A program made the translations under genes and the position numbers. DNA of 64,000 nt from Balanoglossus misakiensis (lineage: Eukaryota; Animalia; Hemichordata). The notes below the pieces were generated by a model, which made no database searches, was not told the DNA's origin, and saw nothing but the letters and a program-made list of their open reading frames with translations. Positions 36,627 through 47,559 of this stretch are shown here, piece by piece. How positions within the stretch are numbered: position 1 is the stretch's first letter; each line of letters opens with the position of its first letter. Location: positions 5,069,319-5,133,318 of the forward strand of contig CM082594.2 in NCBI GenBank assembly GCA_040954595.2, read 5' to 3'.

Positions 36627-37875
36627 ATGAATTGGGTGAAAAAAGAAAGCTCCATGGCTGAAGAAAGTGCTGCTTCTGTTTACGAGGACGAATGCCAGTG
36701 GCCGATACATACAAAGGACTCCTTCGTCCACCAGGCGGCCTATGTGGGTCACATAGGCAAGTTGCGCGAGTACCTCACGGAGAAGAAACACTTGAAGAAG
36801 ATCAACAGCAAGAACCGGCTGGGATGCACCCCGCTGAGGCTGGCCGCCACCAAGGGACACGTGGCGTGCGTGGAGTGCCTGCTGAGCCACGGGGCGAGCG
36901 TGGACATCGCCGACATGAAGGCGCAGACGCCGCTCTTCATGGCCGTGCAGAACGCCCACGTGGAGTGCGTCCAGGCGCTGCTGGCGGCCGGCGCCGACCC
37001 CAACGGCGACCGCGGCCACCTGTGCACGCCGCTGTACATCGCCGTGATGCGCGGCGCCCTGCAGTGCATGCAGGAGCTGGTCAGGTACGGCGCCGACGTC
37101 AACTTCGCCCAGATCACCACAGGGTCGTTCAGCAGCACCCCGCTGTACATCAGCTTCGCCTACCGCCACCTGGACTGCTTCAAGTGGCTCCTGTGTCTAG
37201 GCGCCGACCCCAACGCCGGCATGCCATCCCATTCCGTACCACATCCGACGGCCATCACCCCGTCGATCTTCAATGCAGCCATCAGGCGACGGGAAAAGTC
37301 CTGGATCGATCTCCTGGTTGATTTCGACACCAACCTTGACCTCAACGATGAAAATCTCCGAAAAATGTACATTCAGCATGACATAGAAAACGAGAGGGAA
37401 TTCATGGAACATCTTCAATCACTGATCTGTAAGTTTGTCTTGTATAGGTTGACCCAAAATTAGAAAACACACATACATACCATGGACATGCAGTATAAAC
37501 ACAAGGATGATAATGACATTATATTGCTTACATAATATACACACCATATTTTCATGAAGTTGTATTGTTTTGCTCTGTACATGTTCAGTGCAGTCTGAGT
37601 TACGTTAATATTCGCCATTGATAATGAATCATTACCAGTAAAAAGTGCTAATTTGCATAAATGAATGCTAATCTACCACAAATCTTGCAACATGATTGAA
37701 ATTCTTTCTATTAACCGCAATTTCATTTTTCTTTCCAGACACACCAAGATCCTTGCAATCCCAGTGTCGTATAGTCATACGGAGAATCATGTCTGACCAT
37801 CTGATGCTAATCGACAAGCTCCCAATGCCGGACTGTCTCAAAAACTATTTACATCACCGAGAAATGTGGCCCTGA
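36627..37875 (+). CDS. Ankyrin repeat and SOCS box protein (ASB1/ASB12-like), about 312 aa
   Basis: Exons 36627-37428 and 37739-37875. Ankyrin repeats (GCTPLRLAATKGH, ADMKAQTPLFMAV, CTPLYIAV, STPLYIS) followed by a SOCS box TPRSLQSQCRIVIRR...IDKLPMPDCLKNYL. Start codon uncertain (alternative ATG at 36654). Confidence 0.9.
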
Positions 37876-38379
37876 AAAATGCAATAGTGACTTCATGAAC
37901 AGTGCAGGGACATCTTGGGGCAATTAGTCAAGCTCCCTCATTGTCCAGAAAGCAGTGTCATTCTGTTTTGTATTTCGCACAAGACCAGTCTCCAGAACAT
38001 ATGTACGACTTTATGTTAAATTTTGACTGGAGATGACAGCAGTATAGATTTTTATAGTCAAGACTGGAATAATTTTAACTAAAAACTTGGCTGGAATAAT
38101 TTGCAACCTTTCTGACGAAAATAGTTCTGCAAGTATAGAGTAAGCACATGTGTCTTTCAATACTGGTATTTTTGGAGAGAAAACAATTCTTGTTGTCAGA
38201 CCTGGCTTTTTAGCCAGCATTCCTTTTTTAGCTAACTGAGCTAGAAGAGTGAATTTATTAATTACAATGTACTTCTAATTATAAGAATCTGCTGAATATG
38301 ATGATTAATGTGTCATTGGTTTGAAAATCCTAACTTTGCTGGAGAGGTTCACATTATCACCCTCGACAGCCCTGTGAGA

Positions 38380-38472
38380 TTAACCCATTCACAACCATGG
38401 TATGACCCAAATCCATTGTTTTCTATGATAAATTCGGACCTCGATAGCGGGAACTGGGGGTGAAAGGGTTAA
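38380..38472 (+). mobile_element. Complete piggyBac-like MITE (85 bp plus TTAA duplications)
   Basis: TTAA-CCCATTCAC...GTGAAAGGG-TTAA: TTAA at both ends and CCC...GGG termini; related copies at 6328 and 10958. Confidence 0.8.
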
Positions 38473-39030
38473 ATCACAGGTGAATCGTCACTTTTTGCCA
38501 ATTTCACTTTCTGTACAGTATTTCTGAAATTTCTGAGTCAACCTTTTGAAAAAGTAACTGAATTATTTGAAGTGCATGTTTTCATTTAAAGTAACCTTCT
38601 TGTCATTTCAGTGTAACCTCAAAGAAAGTGAAATTTAACATAACTTTTTTTTTCAACCATGACATACTGTCAGACTGCTTGACCTTCTCTTGACTTTCAT
38701 AAAATTATTCCTTTCTATGAGAATACAGGAATGACCATGACTTGATCTAAATGTTATATTTACAGTAGAGCTGGTGACAGCGTATTCAATTATTTTTTCA
38801 TGTGGGTCTTTACATGTAGCAAACTCCAAGTTCAATCTTCCAGGTATCCTTCTTTTAGGTATGATGTGTGTAATACAATGAATGGCAAGTACAATTCATT
38901 TCACAATACACTTGTACATACAGTGTTTATTATTATACAGTGTCTTCGTAAAACTTTGTCTTGGAATGTTTTTTAATCTACCTCATCTCAAAAATGTATT
39001 TTGGGAATGTTGTCAAAAAACAATGTAACT

Positions 39031-40220
39031 TCAGATGCCGATTAAATGAATCTTCAGGACTAAAATGAAGCGAGCGAACTATGATGTTGTCTCCATCATT
39101 TCCCAGCATTCAAAGCTTTGACATGTGATCAGGAGGTCAGGTGGTGGCCAGCTTCTGAAAGACAGAACTGCAGGCAACCTGTGTACTCACAGTTGATGTT
39201 TATTGGAAAGTTCTGGCAAATTGGTCCTAAATGACGCCCTCTGTGACTGGCCACAGGGAAATTGTTACCAATTTTTCAATTACTTTCAACCTATCTAATT
39301 ACTAACTAGGCTTACAGGACAGAAACACAGTTAAATCATGACACAGGTACATCTATTCATAAGCATAGCTCACTTGCATACCAACACACTATAGGATCCA
39401 CTCTGGGCCGTTACACACAATACATCGAAGATCTATGGTAGACCCCAGGAGCATTAACTCATGTGAAAGTTGTTTTGCTGCGTTCGACTTTGGAGGTCAA
39501 CTTGTGACCCAAATTGGCGGCTAGTGTATGGGACGAGGTCGTGTTCTGAAATTGGAAATACTTTCTCAGGGGAGTAACTTGCATAAAGGGCATCAAGGCG
39601 TGAACTTTCACAGCAAGAATATACAAACATATAGGGTCTGCAGTGAGGGCAACAAGTTGATTACGTATGCAGAGTGGATTGTGACCAGGGACCATCTCAG
39701 AAGACCTACTGTCAAAAGTTCTGCAGGTGAGTTAACGGTTGATCATGACTTCTATATATACATGCAGCACTGTTTAGACAGATAGGAGTTGCAAAACTGA
39801 CTAAGTCTGCCCCGTTTGTTAGATCGCTTCTATGTAAATATCTGTCAATACATATGGGCGTCCAACGGAATCGCCCACAAACTCTTTAACAGCAGAGCCT
39901 TGTTCAGCGCAAGAACAAAAAAATGGTAGTCCAGTGTACTGGTGCGTAAATTCTTGTTACTGCAGACAATGAAACAGAATGTTCTGTGTCAGGACACCCT
40001 GCTGGGAATGAGTTAAGTCAAAGCCGCTGGTCATGTTTTTGTCAAATTTTCATCTTCGTACATGTGGCTGGGATACAGTTGGAACTAATCCACACATTGC
40101 TTCAGGGGGGTGTACTGGTGCGAATTCCACTGGCTAAAATATGTCAGCATAAAGTTTTTCTGCAAGTTAAGGAAGGGCCTAAGGTTGCCTGCTCGACCAT
40201 TGTAAATGACACTAAAGCCA
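39031..40220 (-). pseudogene. Possible highly decayed alpha-1,2-fucosyltransferase (GT11, FUT1/2-like) remnant
   Basis: Collinear fragments across frames with stops: NGFSVIYNGRAGNLRPF, LRKYFQF, CIVCNGPEW, DLLITC-SFECW, DGDNII, FSPEDSF..IGI*. Resemblance judged by eye only. Confidence 0.25.
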
Positions 40221-40733
40221 TTTTGTTATACAAAACAAAAACTGCATATTAAATTATACTCTGCACAGCTTGAAGTTAAATTGTAACCTGAAAACGGTTT
40301 AGGCAGAACCAGATGGAGGAGAGATTCTCCGACATTGTGGTAACTTCACAGAACTTTTGAACTTCTCAATGCTTAGACCGAATGCGAGATTTTCAACAAC
40401 GCAAACACAAAAAAATGTGTGCGAATAAAACTGTTTCATTGACCTTTGTAGGACACGGCTTGTTAAAGACCAGGGACACTGGTTTGAATAAGAAAGTTTC
40501 TTTCATTACACAAGTTTGCGGTTATTGTCCTGTTGGTGAGTGACTGGGGTCATGGCTACATCGGTACACTAGTACACTGTTACTCCAAAGTCACTGCACT
40601 TTAAAGGGATGGGTGCATCCATATAAAGTAATTACCATAACAAACGAGTTTCCCCTGGCCTTCATGCCCTGCTTTGCTACTATAAACAGGTTTGTATGAC
40701 CTCAAATGTTCTACATGTGGTTCTCTGTGCATA

Positions 40734-40935
40734 TACTGTAAAACACTTTATTTTCGCGAAATACGCGAGAGCCACAATAGCGTGAAAATAAAAAGTCGCG
40801 TAAATTTTTTTTGAAGATAACGATGCAGTAAATCAAATAAGAGAACGCGAAAATTAATACTCGTGAAACAGTGCCCTCGTAGATATCGCGGAACTTTAAT
40901 TTTTTCAACTCGCGAAAATAAAGTGTTTTACAGTA
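40734..40935. mobile_element. Tc1/mariner-type MITE, 202 bp including TA at each end, perfect terminal inverted repeats
   Basis: TACTGTAAAACACTTTATTTTCGCGA (40734-40759) is the exact reverse complement of TCGCGAAAATAAAGTGTTTTACAGTA (40910-40935); internal CGCGAAAAT-like subrepeats; partial copy at 21559. Confidence 0.9.
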
Positions 40936-40967
40936 TTCTAATCTTTATTTCATTTTTCATTTTAAGG

Positions 40968-43900
40968 ATGATGTCCACAGTTATTCACCATGGACTTTCG
41001 ATCATCGACTACGTCATTCTGGCCGTCATCTTGGCGCTATGCTCCGCTATCGGTATCTACTTTGGATGCACCGGCAACAAACAGAGCACCACCAAAGAAT
41101 ACCTGTTGGCAAATCGCAAGATGCATTTCCTTCCGGTCGCAGCGTCCATCATGGCCAGCACATCGTCGGCCATTGCAACCTTAGGCACCGGAGCAGAGGT
41201 GTACATGTATACGAGTATGGCCTGGTGGCTCGCTGTGGGGTTACTGATATTGAAACTTGTGGCCGCGCATCTCTACCTACCCGTGTTTTACAAGTTGGGA
41301 GTAACAAGTATATATGAGGTGAGGAACAATTAAAAAATATTTATTTATAAAATATTTCTTGTTTGTTACCATTTTTCCAAAAAGTGGTGGGAAAAATTTG
41401 ATTTAATATCAGCAATTGAAACTCATCTTTTTTGTCGATAGTATTTCGAGCGACGATTTTCAAGATCTGTTCGTCTTCTGGCGACTGCGATTTATTCAAT
41501 CTACAAGGTGAGTTACGTGAATAACGCATTAGTTCTTTATCAAAACACACTTTTCCGACTTGTTTTGACAAATCATGCTCAGGAAAAGACAAATAAGTAA
41601 CTAAATAACAAACCAACCAACTAAACGTAAATGTGCCTGACTGACTGACTGAAATAACATGTTTTGATCTAAAACTTTTTGCTGCCTCTTTTAACATCTC
41701 TGAATGAAATCCTTGATATGAAGCTATGCAAACAATGTAAATCGTTTGATTTCCTAGACTTTGAAATGTGGACTAGGGCCAGAAAGGCACTATTTTAAAT
41801 TTCATTCATGGATCATGGAGTACAAAGATTAACACCGCCAGCTGTAGTTACTGATACGCACATATTGACCGGTCAGGAGGGTAATAGTTCTATTTATTTG
41901 CCCTGACAATTTCAGATATTATATCTTGCCTTGGTAATTTATGCGCCTGCTCTGGCCCTGAATGCATCAACGGGACTCAGTATTTGGACCTCAACCTTGA
42001 CCGTCGGACTAGTTTGTACATTTTACACCGCATTGGTAAGTGCAAAAGTACCACCACTGTCATCGCCGATTGTAGTGTGGGATTTTTGGAGAATTCTCTC
42101 AATCGGACGACATGCAGTTTCTAATATTCAAAACCAATTATTATATGTTTCTAACACTTAGCCATGTAAGCCGGTTGTTTCAAAATGTTTTGTTCGACCA
42201 GCTGGACAGGCAAAAGAAAGATACACCATCTGATTATCATTTTGCAACACTCCAATACATCTAGGAAACAATATTTTCTGCTTTATACTTTTATCGCTCA
42301 GGGAGGTATGAAGGCCGTAATCTGGACAGATGTCATTCAAATGGTCTTGATGTACGTTGGAGTGCTGGCTGTGATTGTCAAAGGATGTCTAATGCTGGGA
42401 GGTATTGGGAACGTGTGGCAAATTGCTGACGAGGGTGGCAGAATTGTCTATGCTGAGTAAGAGCACTTTAACATTTTATCAGAGATTGCTTCTTCTGTTG
42501 AAATTGTCATTGCAAGAATAAGTCCATATGCCAAAACTGTTCCCATCAATTCAATAAATTTCACATGCATAGAAGTTTCAGATGTATTAGAAAGCTTTGG
42601 TCAGTATGAGAGATAGAATGTCAGTTGATTTATAGTCAAATTTTTTCGCAATTCGACATATCTCAAAATTTTATGTATGCTTTATATACTGCATTATTGA
42701 ACACTTCACATACACTATCATCTATTACATAGAATATTTATGGTGAAAGTGACATCATAATAATTTGTGAATACTGAGGCCTGTTTATGTACCATGGCAT
42801 ATAGGCAATATGATGAGGGAAATGAATGTAAAATTTATAGATCTAAGCAAACTATATATCCACCTAACAATTCCACATGACAGGCCAATCATTAGTTCAC
42901 CCTTTGTGTTCTAAATATTCTCCTTATTTCTATGATAGCATCGACATTGACCCAAGAACACGCAATACAGTTTGGTCGCTGACCATCGGCTTTGCATTCA
43001 GCCTGATACCTCTCTCTGGGACGAGTCAACAGGTGGCACAACGATTCAACAGCTGTAAAAGTTCCCGGGAAGGAATTAAGTGAGTATATTTATGTTCAGA
43101 AATGTTTGAGTTACAGCGTTTCCTAGTTAGCAGAGAATGATTATTATTTTCAGTAAGACTTTGGGTATAATCTTCCTCACATGGTCAGTAGATCTTGCAA
43201 CAAATGTTGCGAACCGACAAAAAGTGGTAACCCTGGCAAATGTCCCCAAACTAGTTTTCTAAACAGTTGATAACACGAACCCCTGGATCCAGAAACCAGA
43301 ATTGACCTTGGGTCAAAACTAATTGTGAACTTAAACAGGAAGACAAAATCATATCCTTATAGGACAACGAAATAACTCAAAATAAACTGTACACACAGGT
43401 CAGAAAAAGCATGACACTTTAAATAGTGGAATACTGGGTACTGATGATCACTCAAACCTTTTTGTCAAGCAAACATTTCCCACATCACAATCCTCCTAAA
43501 ATATCGCACGTATCGCATCATGATAAAACAGTTCAAGTGCCCTAACTCTATTGTTGATGTTATTCACAAGGGCGATTTATTCTAGTGTGGTCTTCTCAAT
43601 GCTGATGGCATCTTTTGCAAGTTTCGCTGGAGTTGTTGTTTTTGCGGTGTACGCTCAATGCGACCCACTCCGCCAAGGTTATATATCCAAACCAGATCAG
43701 GTAAAGTCAACAAGGTTACGTGTCAGTTATTCATTTATGTGGTGGTGGTGGTGGTGGGGGGGGGGGGGGGGGTTGTTGTTACACACCATTTACTATAAAC
43801 GGACATATTAAGTGTCCGTCTCAATGAGATTATATATTGCAACTAAAACCATTTGAAACTATCCTCATAAAATATTAACATATTTTGTTCTAGCTACTGC

Positions 43901-46542
43901 CATACTTTGTTGTCGAACACCTGGCCAATGTGCCTGGCCTACCTGGGTTGTTCATAGCCAGCACTTTTAGTGCTGCTCTTAGGTAAGTGTTTTCACAAAT
44001 TTTGATTCTGATAAGTCACTCCACCATCAACATTGTTCTGTTGATTGACAGCACTTGGAAACAAAATTTACTTCTGTTTTAAATTGCTATGACCTAGTAT
44101 AAATCATAATGTTCACATTATTGAAATCACGTTACCTAATCTTGCAAGATTTTTTCAAGTGGAGGAAAAAGGTTTAGGAAATGAGCAAAATCTGCAAAAT
44201 AATTCTTATAGCCACTTTTTCCTTCATTTTTCAGTACTTTATCCTCTGGTCTGAATTCTCTGGCTGCAGTCATCCATGAAGATTTCATTAAACCATGGAA
44301 ATGCTCGGCTAATAGGTCGGACAAAGCGTCAACGATTATTTTGAAGGTTCTCTGTGAGTAGAAACAGCTAGCTTGTCATAATTGAGCCATGATTTGCCCT
44401 TGAAGGGACAAAGTTTCTCTCTCGCTGCCCTTTTTTCCATCAATTATGTTGGATACAAGACACTGTTTGTGTTATTTTACATGTAGATATATAATGAATC
44501 AACATTTGACCACAAACAAATTCCATCCCTTTTGAAGACACGAAAATAAAAAACTCTCGAAAATGAATAATCGTTCTTTAACCACAGACTGCACACATTA
44601 TAGTGCACTCATTCAAGTGGTTTCATGTCGATAGAAATTATGATTTTTACATTCTACTTTTCAGCATCATTGCTCGGGCTAGTGGCTATTCTATTTGTGT
44701 TCGTGGTGTCCGAAATTGGTATGATAATGCAAGTGTCGCTAAGCCTATCTGGAGTGCTTCTAGGTCCCCTGTTTGGTGTGTTCACACTTGGACTGTTTTT
44801 TCCATGTGCCAATTGGAAGGTATGGTCATTTCGTTGGTTTAAGCAGAATAAAGCTCAGTTACTCCAATTTCTCGCTATTTATTTATTTATTTATTTATTC
44901 ATGTATGTATGTATGTATGTATGTATGTATGTATGTATGTATGTATGTATGTATGTATGTATGTATGTATGTATGTATTCATTTATTTATTCATCTATTT
45001 ATTTATTTATTTATTTATATATACAGTTTTTAATTTTTTATTTATTCATTTATTTATTTATTCATCTATTTATTTATTTATTTATTTATTTATTTATTCA
45101 TATATTTATTTATTTATTTATTTACTTATTTATTCATCATCTATACATTTGGTAGTTTTCACTATTTGAGTGACTGAAAGTATATTGCTCTGGCTGTAAT
45201 GCTCTCATTCATCAATTCACATCACCCTCCCTCATGCCAAATTCTCCTTGCAGGGTGCCCTGACAGGCCTCCTCTGTGGTATTGGAACCGGTGCAACTCT
45301 GAGTGCTGGTGCATTTATATACAAAACAAGGCAAGCCCCTCTTCCCACCTCTGTTGATGGCTGTCCTGTGTTCAACGCTACATATTATTCAAATATCACA
45401 GAAGAGGCCAATTATGCCAATTACCCGCTGACAGAACTGACCACAATGAACATGGTCAATGGGACTACACTTCCACTATCTGTTGATTCTGCAGATGAAG
45501 GGCAAGTATTGTTTTTTTTTCAAATCCTTTGCAAGGTTTGTCATAAAAGGAAACAAGTGCACTTTCTAGAACATGGACAAAATACTGGTAGGTCTTTTAA
45601 CACATCAATCCAACTGATGATGGTATATTGCACAACAAGACTCCCATATTTCAATGTTTGCGACTTAGGCACGTTTGCTTAGTAGCAGATGGCAGAGGGA
45701 AAACTGAATGTGTTTCTGAGTACTAAATAAACACATATACCGTATTCTGACTTGGTTGTATTTTTCCAGACCGTATTGGTTCATACAGCTGGTGAGTATA
45801 TCATACCTGTGGTATTCTTTGGTGGAAGTGATCATAGTTATAACGGTCGGACTCTTGGTCAGCTTCATGACAGGTAAGGATCACGTTATTGTACTCAGAC
45901 TAATTGGCAGAGGAAACCTTATCAATATTATAAGATAAGACTGATTTTCCGTAATTTACATTTATTGCAGGCTACACAAAACCAAAGGATGTAGACAGTA
46001 GCCTGCTCTCTCCGTTGTATCGTAAACATTGCCACTGTCTACCTACATGGTGCTGTCCTCCATTTTATGGACATGAGAAAGTGGTGAGTTTGCCATAGCA
46101 CAGACGTTTACATTCCAACTATTAGCAAGTGCCCAGGTCATTGCTCTGGCCAATCAGTAGTGTGTCATGTAAAGATGATTGACTTTAACAAAGTTCCCAA
46201 CTAATCGTACCTGTGTTATACTAGTACTTTCTGTGGTATATATGTTTGATTTCAATATTGTTTCAACTTGAATCACAACTGAGTGCAGTGGTGGACGTGA
46301 TTTTTTGGTTATTCTTTTGCCAGGAAAACGGCCACAAAGAAAACATCACACGTATCTATGCTGACACTGAAGGCAAAGGGGAACCAAACGCAAATGAGAC
46401 TAGAGATCACTCACCAGATGCAATCAAGTTACGGAAGTACAAAGATGGCGGCGATCATGATTTGGGCAACAAGGGTGTCGTACATGACAGCACGGAAATT
46501 TTACCTCTAACTACTCTGGAGAAATGGGAGGATATCAACTAG
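40968..46542 (+). CDS. Sodium:solute symporter, SLC5A8/SLC5A12/SLC5A5/SLC5A6 subfamily (SMCT-like), about 669 aa
   Basis: Exons 40968-41318, 41442-41507, 41916-42035, 42302-42456, 42939-43079, 43571-43700, 43894-43982, 44235-44353, 44665-44819, 45254-45501 (GC donor), 45770-45873, 45971-46083, 46324-46542 (2010 nt). Motifs AIGIYF, EYLLANRKM, YEYFERRF, VIYAPALAL, GGMKAVIWTDV, PDQLLPYFV, PGLPGLF..FSAALSTLSSGLNSLAAV, GPLFGVFTLGLFFPCANWKGA, SYLWY. Confidence 0.95.
44877..45136. repeat. (TATT)n-(TATG)n-(TATT)n compound microsatellite
   Basis: Runs of TATT and TATG filling an SLC5 intron. Confidence 0.95.
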
Positions 46543-47559
46543 CCATGTTAGCCGTTATTACACTGGAACATATAGGAGACCCAGTTGTTCTGAGCTAATT
46601 ATTCATAATTGTATACTACCCACAAATGTTCACAATTTGAACTTTAAAACAATAATTATAATTCTATAAGCCAATATAATATAATTTGTCAGTATATTGC
46701 TTTAAATTCTTTAAAATTATAGATTATAATTATAGACTGAATCCACATAGTCCTAACATTTTATTTTCCTATATATACAATATTATACGGCCTCGTGCAA
46801 TTTTTCAATGCCATCCAAAACTGCGAGATTTGGAATTTTAACACCCACAAGACTGCATGCATGCAGTTAACTACTTATACTACCAATTCAACAATTTTTA
46901 GGGGCGTGTTTTCGAGGTTACTGCTTCAGTTTGGGCATACTGTCACTTTTGCATTCAGAATTCAAATGTAACATCTTAGCAGCAGAAATTCCATCACGGT
47001 CAGAAATTGACCCTGGGATCTCAGTTCAAGAGGTCTCCTCTCTAACCATTGGTCTATCAGGAGTTTCTGCTGACCAAATGTTGTCGATCCCATTACAATC
47101 TTCCATGCTACTAGAGATGAACACACTACGTTTGGTATAATCTCAAATTGGACTGCGAAAACACAACCTGAAACTTGCCATTTTCATGGTACGACATGGT
47201 AATCAACCCTGTACAGGTAAAACTCCTTCCACCTACGGGCTTGGAATTTTACAGCAAAGTGCATGGTTGATTCCATGAATCTTCTATTATTCTGTTGCTT
47301 ACCAATAGTAACCACACAGGCAGCATCTTCACCTTTAAGCAACTCATGCATACTGTATCATGTAAACTGAACAGAGAAGTAGAACAGTATAAGATCTCTT
47401 GTGACACACAAATAAAGTTATCAAAGAAAATAAAGTTCACAACATCGCAATGAAATCATTAAAATGTGCGATTTATTTCAACTTAATCGATAACACTGGT
47501 GTTAGAAATAAATAATATACCATTGCTATGAAATCATTTGTGGAAATTTCTGTCCAAAA

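Noticed and set aside
36603-37321. Overlapping ORFs of 133-209 aa in other frames of the ASB exon
   Set aside because: Explained by extreme GC3 depleting stop codons; Arg/Pro/Gly-rich with no recognisable domain.
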